DNA of 64,000 nt from Longimicrobiales bacterium (GTDB lineage: Bacteria > Gemmatimonadota > Gemmatimonadetes > Longimicrobiales > Gaopeijiaceae), in NCBI GenBank assembly GCA_965202985.1, contig CBDBCF010000001.1, positions 1,984,001 through 2,048,000 of the forward strand, given 5' to 3'. The translations under genes and the position numbers were made by a program. This document shows, in pieces, positions 39,483 to 48,389 of this stretch (positions are counted from its first letter, which is position 1; every line of letters starts with the position of its first letter). Under the pieces are notes generated by a model, which did not search any database, had not been told where the DNA came from, and was given only the letters and a program-made list of their open reading frames with translations.

Positions 39483-40864
39483 GCGTGCCTCTCCTGTCCG
39501 GAGCGCGTTGCTTGCGCGTTGCGCGGACGCCGCGCGTCGCGCCCCTGCCGCCGGCGTCGGTCCCGCAGGTGCAGCACGCCGAACACCAGCGCCAAGACCA
39601 CGCACGCCGGCGCCAAGTAGAGGAACGACGCCAAGCCCCCCGCATACTCCGCGGGCGCGAGCAGCGCTTGGGCCTGCGCCACCGCCGCGGAATCGGTCGA
39701 AGAGGCGATCACGTCCCGCAGAGCGGCGGCCGTCTCTCCGGGCGGCAGCAGCGCATCCGCCCGTCGGTCCGCGATCGCGCCCATCTGCGGGGCGGTGACC
39801 AAGCCCACCATGGCCATGCCCACGGTTCCCATGAGCCCCAGCCCCAGGGCGCCGCTCCGGGGGACCCGCTCCGACACGAAGCCCAGCATCGTCGGCCAGA
39901 AGTAGCACACGCCCACCGCGAACACCGTGGCAGCGGCAAAGGTGGCGGCGGCGGACCCTCCCGCGCCCAGCCCAAGGAGTCCCAACCCCGACAGCACCGC
40001 CGACGCCAAGAGGACGCCGGTGGGCGAGGCGCGTCGAACCACGGGTCCCGCGAACCATCGCAGCACGGCCATGAGTCCGCTGATGTACACAAGCACGAGG
40101 ATGCCCGACATGCCGCCGGCCTCCAGCACGGCCGCGACCCACCGGTTGGGGCCAAGCTCCACCGACGCCGTCAGCGCCACGCACGCCAGCATGAGCAGCA
40201 TCAGCGGGGTGGTCAGCGCCGCGCGGAACATTTCGGCCATGGACACGCCCGAACGCACGCCTTCGGTCCGAGGGAACCGCTGGCCGAGCAGGAGCACGCC
40301 GTAGACGGCCGTAGGCAGGAGCACGAGCGCCATCTTGAGACGCCAGGCGTCCAGCCCCGCCGCGTCCAAGCCGTACGCCGCCAAGCCGCCCAGCACGATC
40401 CCGCCGGGGAACCACACGTGAAACTGGTTGAGCTTGACGGTCTTGTTGTCCGGATAGAGCGCCGCCACCAAGGGGTTGCACGCCGCCTCCACCAGCCCGT
40501 TGGCCATGGCGATGATCAACGCGCCCGCGAAGAGTCCCCAGAATCCGCCGGCGAAGATCATGATCAGCGTGCCCGCCAAGTGTCCCGCGAAGGCCGCGCG
40601 CAAGAGAAAACGCATCCCCAGGGTGTCGCAAAACGGCGAGAACACCAGTTGCGACACGGCAAAGCCCCAGAGCGCCGCGCCGCCGATCCATCCGACTTGC
40701 GCGTTGGTCAGCGCGAACTCGCCTTTCAGGGAGAACATGACGGCGCCCACCGTGGCGAAGGCGACCGAGGTGGCGACCAGCGCCACGCAGCTGCCCGCGA
40801 ACAGCCGACTGGCAGGGCTTGCGCCCGCGGTCGACTCCGAGCCGCCGTCAGGACGTATGGGCAT
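39479..40864 (-). CDS. MFS sugar transporter
   Basis: About 12 TM; EAACNPL, FHVWFPGG, YFWPTMLG. Confidence 0.88.
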   Translation of the reverse strand: MPIRPDGGSESTAGASPASRLFAGSCVALVATSVAFATVGAVMFSLKGEFALTNAQVGWIGGAALWGFAVSQLVFSPFCDTLGMRFLLRAAFAGHLAGTLIMIFAGGFWGLFAGALIIAMANGLVEAACNPLVAALYPDNKTVKLNQFHVWFPGGIVLGGLAAYGLDAAGLDAWRLKMALVLLPTAVYGVLLLGQRFPRTEGVRSGVSMAEMFRAALTTPLMLLMLACVALTASVELGPNRWVAAVLEAGGMSGILVLVYISGLMAVLRWFAGPVVRRASPTGVLLASAVLSGLGLLGLGAGGSAAATFAAATVFAVGVCYFWPTMLGFVSERVPRSGALGLGLMGTVGMAMVGLVTAPQMGAIADRRADALLPPGETAAALRDVIASSTDSAAVAQAQALLAPAEYAGGLASFLYLAPACVVLALVFGVLHLRDRRRRQGRDARRPRNAQATRSGQERHA

Positions 40865-41684
40865 ACTCTTCTCCGGGGTACTCGCCCTGCCGCACTTCGT
40901 CGGCGAAGCGAGCCACCGCGGACCGAACCGCTGCCCCCAACTCGGCGTAGCGCTTCAGGAAGCGCGGGTTGAAGCCTTCGTTGAGCCCCAGCAGGTCGTG
41001 AAGGATCAGGAGCTGCCCGTCGCAGTGGGCGCCGGCGCCGATGCTCACCGTGGGTACCGACAGGGCGTCGGTTACGCGCCGGGCGACGTCGGCCACCATG
41101 AGCTCGAGCAGCACCGAGAACGCGCCCGCGCTCTCCAAGAGCTTGGCGTCGCGCACAAGGTCGTCCACCGCTCCGTCGGCCCGGCCCTGCACGCGGTTGC
41201 CCCCGAGCTTGTGCACCGACTGGGGCGTGAACCCCAGGTGGCCCATGACCGGAACGCCCGCCGCCACGATCGCTTCCACGGCCGGCGCCGCCTCGGCGCC
41301 CCCCTCCAGCTTGACGGCCCCCGCGCCCGTCTCCTTCAGCAGGCGTCCCGCGTTCCGCACCGCCTGTCGGGGCGACACCTGGTAGCTCATGAACGGCATG
41401 TCCACCACGACCAGCGCCCGCCTTGCGCCCCGCACCACCAGCCGCCCGTGATAGACCATCTGGTCCATCGTCGCGCCCAGGGTCGTGTCCTCGCCGCAGA
41501 GCACGGTGGCCAGCGAGTCGCCCACCAGGATGGCGTCCACGCCGGCTTGGTCCACCAACGAAGCGAAGAGCGCGTCGTAGGCCGTGACCATGGCGATCTT
41601 CCGGCCCGCTTCCTTGCGCGCGGCGAAGTCCAAGACGCGCACCTTGCGTCCGTAGGGGGAACTTGCGGGGCGGTTTTCGGTCAT
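40848..41684 (-). CDS. panB: 3-methyl-2-oxobutanoate hydroxymethyltransferase
   Basis: MVTAYD, LVGDSL, DMPF, VKLEGG, GHLGFTPQ. Confidence 0.97.
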   Translation of the reverse strand: MTENRPASSPYGRKVRVLDFAARKEAGRKIAMVTAYDALFASLVDQAGVDAILVGDSLATVLCGEDTTLGATMDQMVYHGRLVVRGARRALVVVDMPFMSYQVSPRQAVRNAGRLLKETGAGAVKLEGGAEAAPAVEAIVAAGVPVMGHLGFTPQSVHKLGGNRVQGRADGAVDDLVRDAKLLESAGAFSVLLELMVADVARRVTDALSVPTVSIGAGAHCDGQLLILHDLLGLNEGFNPRFLKRYAELGAAVRSAVARFADEVRQGEYPGEEYAHTS

Positions 41685-42802
41685 CGGGAGCTCGTCAAGA
41701 AGCGGTAGCTGGACAGGGCCGACGCCAGGGGGTCGGCCGGCTGGTCGTGTTCGACGAAGTAGTGGCGCAGGCCGGCGCGGTCGGACAAGGCGAATATGGC
41801 CTCCCAATCTATGGCGCCCGCGCCCACGTCGGTCATGCGGCCGCTCGCGTCTCGGTCTTTGAGGTGGCAGAGCGGGAAGCGGCCGGGGTGGTCCCGCAGA
41901 AGGGCCAGCGAGTCGATGCCGCCCGCTTCCGACCAGTGAAAGTCGATCTCCAGGTCCACGAAGGCCGGGTCGAGGCGTTCCAGCAGCAGGTCGTAGCCGG
42001 TGGGGCCGTTCGGGTCCGCGCTCGGGCCGCCGATCGGCTCGAACTCGAAGGCGTGGTTGTGGTACGCGACGCGCACGCCGCTCCGACCGGCCGTCTCGCC
42101 CGCGGCGTTGAGGAACTCCGTCGCCGCGCGGTATCCGTCCGGGGTCCGCTGTTCGGGCGGAAGCCAGGGCAGCACCAGCCATCGGTGGCCCAGCGCGTCG
42201 GCGGCCTCCAGCGCCGCGTCCAGCCCGTCGCCCTGCAAGTCGTCCATCGCCACGTGGGCCGCCGGCGCTTCCAGTCCCGCTTCTTGCAGCCAGCCGGCCA
42301 AGGCGCCGGGGGCGTGGCCGAAATAGCCGGCGAACTCCACCTCCTGGTAGCCGATCTCGGCAAGGGCGTCCAAGGTCCGCGCCACGTCGTCCGCCATGAG
42401 CGACCGGACGGTGTAGAGTTGGATGCCGATCCGGTCGGGGCCGGCGCCGTGGGGAGGTCGCGGGTCGCCCGGAGATCCGGAGCGGTCCGGGCTGGCGGCC
42501 GAGGAGACGCCGAGTGCACGCGGCGGAGCGAGGCCCCCGCTGGCCAGGACGCCGGGAGTCGCGACGGAAGCGCTGGATGCACGCGAAAGAAGACCCGCTC
42601 CGGCCACGGTACCCGCCGCCGCCAGGAAGGTGCGTCGGTCGAGGCGCCGCCCGATCGAGGTCGCGGGATGCGGAGGCGCCGGGTCCGCGCCGTGCGCAGG
42701 GTTCATGTCGGGTGGAGTCTTCATGTCATGTGCCGGGGTGGTGGCGTGTTCGGGGCTCGTGTCGCGTGCGGCGGTCGTACCACGCACGAAGGCTTGTACC
42801 AT
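41681..42802 (-). CDS. Tat-exported TIM-barrel sugar isomerase/lyase (true start probably near 42706-42729)
   Basis: DRRTFL twin-arginine motif; GIQLYTVR, YHNHAFEF, HLKD, FVEHD. Confidence 0.85.
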   Translation of the reverse strand: MVQAFVRGTTAARDTSPEHATTPAHDMKTPPDMNPAHGADPAPPHPATSIGRRLDRRTFLAAAGTVAGAGLLSRASSASVATPGVLASGGLAPPRALGVSSAASPDRSGSPGDPRPPHGAGPDRIGIQLYTVRSLMADDVARTLDALAEIGYQEVEFAGYFGHAPGALAGWLQEAGLEAPAAHVAMDDLQGDGLDAALEAADALGHRWLVLPWLPPEQRTPDGYRAATEFLNAAGETAGRSGVRVAYHNHAFEFEPIGGPSADPNGPTGYDLLLERLDPAFVDLEIDFHWSEAGGIDSLALLRDHPGRFPLCHLKDRDASGRMTDVGAGAIDWEAIFALSDRAGLRHYFVEHDQPADPLASALSSYRFLTSSR

Positions 42803-42886
42803 TTACGGAGTTTCGTACCACGAATCCAAGTTCATGCCATGAACAGATGTTTTCGCCATGAATCGATTCACGTACCATGCGGGCGC
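42773..42886. repeat. Degenerate 19-bp tandem array, six units
   Basis: Invariant CCA at 42780, 42799, 42818, 42837, 42856, 42875; GTACCA in four units. Confidence 0.8.
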
Positions 42887-42912
42887 GCGTTGGCGGACGG
42901 GTCGCCCTGGCC

Positions 42913-43389
42913 TCAGCTCGCGCCGCAGGCGGTCAGCAGGTCGTTGGCGTCGGCGATGCCGGTCTCCGAAGGCGCCACGGCTCGTTCGCCCCGCTCGGGC
43001 TCGTCGTCGGCCAGCGCTCCGATCAAGCCGATGTCCTGATCCGCGACCTGCGACGCCACGACCCGCAGGTTGGTCTCGCCGGTGGAAGGGTCGGTGTACG
43101 CCGTCACGTTCAGCACGTCGTGGAAGGCCTGGCCGGTGAAGATCTCCCTCGCGAGGCCCGAGGTCTGTCTTCGGCCCCGTACGAACCCCACGTCGGCGTT
43201 GCCGTCCTCGATGGTGTAGCCCAAGACGTTGAGCTGGGCCACGGCGCACTCGTACGCGGTCTCCCTGCCGGACTGGGTGACGCCTACGTACGAGATCGGC
43301 GCCGTTGCGCACCCGGCCAGCAGCCCCAAGGCCGCCCAGCCGAACCGTCGCGCCCGTGGTCCGATTGCTGTTGCTGCTCCCGTGTTCAT
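42913..43389 (-). CDS. Hypothetical lipoprotein
   Basis: Lipobox LAGC; SD AGGAG; ATGA overlap with upstream gene. Confidence 0.75.
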   Translation of the reverse strand: MNTGAATAIGPRARRFGWAALGLLAGCATAPISYVGVTQSGRETAYECAVAQLNVLGYTIEDGNADVGFVRGRRQTSGLAREIFTGQAFHDVLNVTAYTDPSTGETNLRVVASQVADQDIGLIGALADDEPERGERAVAPSETGIADANDLLTACGAS

Positions 43390-44420
43390 GTCGTCTCCTG
43401 GAGTTGGGTGTGCCGGAGCGAAAACCCGCCGGCCAGCGGGTCGCCCTCTTCCACGTAGAAGCGGGCTTCGCCGGTGTATCGGGCACGCCCGCCGACCTGC
43501 ACCGTAACGGCGTCGTGTGCGCCCACGGTCGCCGAACCGGCGATGCGCCCCGAGAAGATCGACCCCGTCAAGCTGCGAAAGCTCCGTTCCTGGCCCGAAG
43601 CGACCTGTCCCTTGGCGCTCTGCACTGCCATGCGGGCGGTAACTCCGCTGCCCGTGGGGCTTCGGTCCACCTGCTTGCGCGCGAACACGCAGACGTTGGT
43701 GCTGGGCTGGTCGCGGCCCAGGCCGCCGTCGGTCAAGATCGTGCCGTACAGGAAGCTAAGGTCGCGATGCTCGGGATGCGCGAACTCCAGCTGCGCTCCG
43801 GCGGCGCGGGTCACGGCCCAGGCCGCGTCGGCCAACTCGCCGGGCGACGACGCGGCGAGCTCCAGCCCCAGCCGCGAGGCCGGCAGGATCGCATAGAACG
43901 CGCCGCCGTACCCGATGTCCAGCGCGACGGGGCCGGAGCGCTCGACGTGCACGACGGCGTCCAGGATCGGCGCAAAGGCGCCCACGCTTTCGAAGCGCAC
44001 TTGTCCCGCGCGTCCGTCGCGCACTTCTACCCAGGCGGTCACCAGGCCGCACGGGCACTGGATGCGAACCGTCGTCTCGGGTTCCCGGGGTTCGACGAGG
44101 CCCTGGTCCACCGCCCAGCGGGCCACGGCCATGGTTGCGTGTCCGCACATGGTGGAATAGCCCTCGTTGTGGCAGAACAACACGGCCAAGTCGGCCTCCG
44201 GGTGGTCCGGCGCCACGGGGATCGCGCCGTACATGTCGTCGTGTCCCCTGGGTTCCAGCATGAGAAAGCGGCGAAGGTGGTCCAGGTGCTCCCGGGCGTG
44301 GCGCCGCTTGTCCAAGATCGTCGCGCCGGGGATGTCGGGATAGCCGTCCACGACGATCCGCACCGGCTCGCCGCCGGTGTGCATTTCGCAGGTGCGAACC
44401 TCGGCAGGAAAGGAAGGCAT
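43386..44420 (-). CDS. Proline racemase family, probable trans-3-hydroxy-L-proline dehydratase
   Basis: HTGGEP, EPRGH, MCGH and DRSPTGSG (Cys/Thr catalytic pair). Confidence 0.85.
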   Translation of the reverse strand: MPSFPAEVRTCEMHTGGEPVRIVVDGYPDIPGATILDKRRHAREHLDHLRRFLMLEPRGHDDMYGAIPVAPDHPEADLAVLFCHNEGYSTMCGHATMAVARWAVDQGLVEPREPETTVRIQCPCGLVTAWVEVRDGRAGQVRFESVGAFAPILDAVVHVERSGPVALDIGYGGAFYAILPASRLGLELAASSPGELADAAWAVTRAAGAQLEFAHPEHRDLSFLYGTILTDGGLGRDQPSTNVCVFARKQVDRSPTGSGVTARMAVQSAKGQVASGQERSFRSLTGSIFSGRIAGSATVGAHDAVTVQVGGRARYTGEARFYVEEGDPLAGGFSLRHTQLQETT

Positions 44421-44438
44421 GACGGCTCGAAGGTCGCG

Positions 44439-45827
44439 TCAGGCGGCGGCCGGCGGCAAGTCGCCAAACCGGATCCGCCGACCCGCGAAAACGGCTCCGT
44501 AGGCCGCGGCGCCGGCTGCGACCCCCCACGCCGTGGGCGCGCTCCATCCAGCGGCCTGGGCGGCCAGCAGTCCGGCAACGCCCGCCCCGACGGCGGACAG
44601 CGCTTCCGCGGGGCCGGGGCGCTCGGAAAAGAGGCCTGCAACCAGGGGCACGAACAGGCTTGCCACCAGGAGGGAGTAGAAGATCGTCAGGGCCGCTTGC
44701 ACGCCCGGCAGGACGACGGCCAGCGCCACGCCCGCGCCCCCGCCCGCCGTTGCCGCCCACCGCGCCGCCCGAAGCACCTGCGCGTCGGTCGCGGCCGGGT
44801 TGGCGAAGCGCTTGTACAGATCGCGGGACAGGGACGTGGACAGCATGAAGAGGATGGCGTCGGCGGAGCTGATCTCGGCGGACAGGACCGCGGCCAGTCC
44901 CAGCAGGCCGACCCACGCCGGCACTCCTTGGGTCAGGACCACGGGCAGAGCCGTCTCTGGGTTGTCCAGCCCGGGGACCATGGTCCGGGCCGCCATGCCC
45001 AGCGCCACGGGCAGGCAGGCGAAGAGCATCAGCGCTATGCCGCAGGCCGCCAGCCCCAGGCGAAGCGCGCGCTCGTCGCGGGCGCCGAAGCTCTTCTGGA
45101 GGATGCCCGGCGACACCACGAACGCCGGCGCGAGCAGCAGCAGATAGGTCCAGCCGGAGCCGCCGTGGCTCGCGAACTCGCGCAAGCCGCCCGCGCCGTT
45201 GAAGACAGCGGACGGGCCGCCCCCCGAACCCACGGCAAGCGGCGCCGCGATCAGGAACCCGGCCGCCAGCACGACCAGCTGCACAAGGTTGACCCACGCC
45301 GAACTCAACAGGCCTCCGGCGGCGAAGTACGCGGTCATCACCACGCCGCCGGCCACCGCGCCCAGCCAGCGCGGAGTGCCCGCCACCACTTCCAGTATCC
45401 ACGCCATGGCGATGAGCTGGCCCGCCAAGATCGCCAGCGTGCCCAACCAGAGCAGCACCGCCGCCGCCGCCCGCACGGAAGGGCCGTAACGGTGCTCCAG
45501 GTAGTCGCCGGCGGTCAGCAGGGAGTGCGCCTTGGCCACCCGCCAGAGCCGAGGGCCGATCCAGAGGGCGAGCGCCAGCGTGCCCAGTCCCGCCGAGCCG
45601 ACCCACCACCAAGCGGCGATCCCGTCGCGGTAGCCCAAGCCTGCGGCCAGCACGGTGGAGCCCGCGCCGATGTTGGCCGCGAGCAGCGTGGCGAAGAGCA
45701 GGCCGGGTCCCAAGGCCCGACCCGCAACGAAGAAGTCGGCGGTTCCGGCCACGCGACGGCCCGCGGCCAAGCCGACCGCGATGATCAGGGCCACGTAGAG
45801 CAGCAGCCCTGCGAGCGTGGCGTTCAA
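44439..45827 (-). CDS. Sodium:solute symporter family protein
   Basis: DFFVAGR, YLEHRYG, SAEISSAD; many TM helices. Confidence 0.9.
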   Translation of the reverse strand: MNATLAGLLLYVALIIAVGLAAGRRVAGTADFFVAGRALGPGLLFATLLAANIGAGSTVLAAGLGYRDGIAAWWWVGSAGLGTLALALWIGPRLWRVAKAHSLLTAGDYLEHRYGPSVRAAAAVLLWLGTLAILAGQLIAMAWILEVVAGTPRWLGAVAGGVVMTAYFAAGGLLSSAWVNLVQLVVLAAGFLIAAPLAVGSGGGPSAVFNGAGGLREFASHGGSGWTYLLLLAPAFVVSPGILQKSFGARDERALRLGLAACGIALMLFACLPVALGMAARTMVPGLDNPETALPVVLTQGVPAWVGLLGLAAVLSAEISSADAILFMLSTSLSRDLYKRFANPAATDAQVLRAARWAATAGGGAGVALAVVLPGVQAALTIFYSLLVASLFVPLVAGLFSERPGPAEALSAVGAGVAGLLAAQAAGWSAPTAWGVAAGAAAYGAVFAGRRIRFGDLPPAAA

Positions 45828-46936
45828 CGTCGGGGCGGGTAGCGCAAGTCGGCGGCGGCGGGCAGGCCGGGCAGCCCCCGGGCGGCCCGCACCGCCCGCA
45901 ACACGGCCTGGGCCACCATGTCGGCGGCCAGGGCGCCCACTTGGCCGGTGTCGAAGCCGCTGGTCAGCCGGCCCGTGGCGAGCGCGAAGACGGCGTCGCC
46001 GTCACCGGGCGTGTGGCTGGGATAGATCGTCCGCGCAAGCCCGTCCTGCGCCATCTGGGCGACCTTGGTCGCCTGCGACTTGGTCAGCGCCGCGTTCGTG
46101 GCCACCACGCCGATCGTCGTATTCCGGAGCGACGTCTCTTGCGGCGGCGTCGGTAGCTCCGGCGTTGCGCCGCGCACCAGTCGCCGGGCGTCGGCAAGGC
46201 CCCCGCGGCCGTCCCGCGCCCCAGCCACGACCTGCCCCGTCCCCGGATCGATCACGTCGCCCACTGCATTGACCACCACCACGGCCCCCACCACCAAGCC
46301 GCTCTCCAAGCGCGCGGAAGCAGTCCCCACGCCGCCCTTCATGGCGCGCTCCATGCCCAGCAGCTTGCCCACGGTCGCGCCCGCGCCCGCGCCCTCGTTG
46401 CCCTCCGCAAGCGGCCGCTTGGACGCCCGCGACGCCGCCCGGTAGCCGCACTCGGGACCGGGCCGGACGCCGGCGGACACGCGCAAGTCGAACACCACGG
46501 CGCCGGCCACGATCGGCACCACCAGCGTCGGCTCGATCCGGTATCCGCGCCCGCGTTCCTCCAGGTAGCGCACCACTCCCTGACGAGCCGCCAACCCGAA
46601 GGCGCTGCCTCCCGCAAGCACGACTGCGTTGACCGCCTGGACCGTGTTCACCGGGTCCAGCAGGTCGGTCTCCACGGTGCCGGGCGCGCCCCCGCGAACG
46701 TCCACGCCCCCGACCGCCCCCGCGCCGTCTTCCGCCAACACCACCGTGCAGCCGGTCGGCGCGTCCGGGTAGGAGAAGTGGCCGGCCGCGATGCCGGGGA
46801 CCGCGGTCACGCCCTGGGCGTCGATTGACGCCGGGGCGGCGTGGTCGGCCTGGGATGGGGCGAGCCCCGGAGTCGTCGCGACGGACGCGGGCGCCGAAAT
46901 GGTTGCGGCGAGCATGGGAACGGCGGCGCGGAGCAT
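45824..46936 (-). CDS. P1/S58 (DmpA-like) peptidase with signal peptide
   Basis: GVDVRGGAPGT, GGSAFGL, NTTIGVVATNA, HTPGDGD. Confidence 0.9.
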   Translation of the reverse strand: MLRAAVPMLAATISAPASVATTPGLAPSQADHAAPASIDAQGVTAVPGIAAGHFSYPDAPTGCTVVLAEDGAGAVGGVDVRGGAPGTVETDLLDPVNTVQAVNAVVLAGGSAFGLAARQGVVRYLEERGRGYRIEPTLVVPIVAGAVVFDLRVSAGVRPGPECGYRAASRASKRPLAEGNEGAGAGATVGKLLGMERAMKGGVGTASARLESGLVVGAVVVVNAVGDVIDPGTGQVVAGARDGRGGLADARRLVRGATPELPTPPQETSLRNTTIGVVATNAALTKSQATKVAQMAQDGLARTIYPSHTPGDGDAVFALATGRLTSGFDTGQVGALAADMVAQAVLRAVRAARGLPGLPAAADLRYPPRR

Positions 46937-47083
46937 GGCCGGAAGATAATGAACGTCCTAAAAACACGACGCCGAACATCCGGAATCGGTCACGCCGACG
47001 CCGGCGGTTGGGGCCGCGAAGAAACCCTGCGAACGGCTCGTAGACCCTTTGCGGGCAACGAATCCGAAGCGAGCGTGCAACTT

Positions 47084-47098
47084 TGGCACGTTTATTGC
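47084..47098 (+). promoter_or_regulatory. sigma54 -24/-12 promoter
   Basis: TGGCAC-GTTTA-TTGC matches consensus spacing. Confidence 0.75.
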
Positions 47099-47160
47099 TG
47101 TCTAATATGGGACAGCGACCATTCCCCCGTGAACGGATCAAGAACGAGGAGGAACCGGAG

Positions 47161-47460
47161 ATGGTACGAAAGAAGCAGCGCTCCAAGGAGAAGGTCACGG
47201 CGCTGGGGCTGCTCCTGTCGGCCACGCTGATTGCGGCGGCGGGCGGGGCGATCGCCCTTGTCGACACGAGTTCGGGATCGCCGGCGGGCGAGGCTTCGTC
47301 GGCGGAGGTCGGCGAGGCGCGCGACGACGCGACGTCGGCGGTCGGCGCTTCCGAGACGGCCGAGTCCGATGCCGAGGCGCGCGACGCGACGGCGCCGGAG
47401 GCCAAGACGCGGACGCCCCAGCGGGCGAAGACGCCGAAGGCGGGCAACCGGAGGCTGTAA
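47161..47460 (+). CDS. Small protein with basic N-terminus, TM/signal segment and Ala/Ser/Glu-rich tail
   Basis: SD GAGGAGG; downstream of sigma54 site. Confidence 0.6.
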   Translation: MVRKKQRSKEKVTALGLLLSATLIAAAGGAIALVDTSSGSPAGEASSAEVGEARDDATSAVGASETAESDAEARDATAPEAKTRTPQRAKTPKAGNRRL

Positions 47461-48285
47461 GTCGCACTTCGTCGCCTAAAGCCGTTCCGGGCCCAGCTCG
47501 CCTTCACGATCACGCTGGTGGTTTTGGAGGCGGTGGGCTGGATCCTCTTCCCGCTGGTCATCGGCCGCGCCATCGACAGCGTGATCGCGGGTTCCCGGAG
47601 GGGCCTCTACGAGCTTGCGTTTCTGGGCGTGGCCACCATGGGCGTGGACATCGCCCGTCGCGTGTACGACTCCCGAGCATACGCCCGCATCTACGTGCGC
47701 CTGAGCCAGGAGCTGGTGGCGCGCCAAGCCGAAACCAGCACGTCGGCCAAGACCGCGCGCCTGGGGATGCTCAAGGAGGTCGTGGAGTTCTTCGAGAACT
47801 CGCTGCCGTCGCTGGTGAGCGCGGTGCTGGGCCTGGTGGGCACGGTGGCGATTCTGGCGGCTCTGAACCTGCCCGTGTTCGCCGGTTGCGCGGCCGTCAT
47901 GGGGGCGACCGCCGCCGTATACGCCTTCACGGGAAGGTTGACGATCCGCTTCAACCAAGCCTACAACGACGAGTACGAACGCCGCGTCGAGGCCGTGGAG
48001 AGCGGCAACCCCAGCCTGGTCGGCCGCCACGTCCGCCGGATGATGCGGTGGAACATCAAGCTGTCGGACCTGGAGGCCGCCAACTTCGGCGTCGTCTGGG
48101 TCTTGATGATGGCGCTGCTGGTCTTCGCCGTGAGCGCCTCGGTGACCGATCAAGTGCAGTACGGCGAAGTCTTTGCCGTGGTCATGTACGTCTTCCAGTT
48201 CATGGAGGCCGTGACGCTGCTGCCCCTGCACTACCAGCAGTGGCTGCGCCTCCGCGAAATCACCGGACGGCTGGAGACCGCCTGA
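47461..48285 (+). CDS. ABC transporter six-transmembrane domain protein without NBD; start unresolved (first GTG 47518)
   Basis: PLVIGRAID, RRVYDSRAYARIY, EVVEFFE, ends LREITGRL. Confidence 0.75.
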   Translation, partial: VALRRLKPFRAQLAFTITLVVLEAVGWILFPLVIGRAIDSVIAGSRRGLYELAFLGVATMGVDIARRVYDSRAYARIYVRLSQELVARQAETSTSAKTARLGMLKEVVEFFENSLPSLVSAVLGLVGTVAILAALNLPVFAGCAAVMGATAAVYAFTGRLTIRFNQAYNDEYERRVEAVESGNPSLVGRHVRRMMRWNIKLSDLEAANFGVVWVLMMALLVFAVSASVTDQVQYGEVFAVVMYVFQFMEAVTLLPLHYQQWLRLREITGRLETA

Positions 48286-48389
48286 ACCCGAACCGCCGGC
48301 GCTCGGGACGACGCTTGCGGGACCTGCGAGTTCGCACCAAAGGACTCGGGCGAATTGCCGGTTCCCGTCGCCTGCGCCAAGTTCGTCCA

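Noticed and set aside
42773..42886. CRISPR array interpretation of the 19-bp repeats
   Set aside because: Units are contiguous and degenerate, with no spacers and no cas genes
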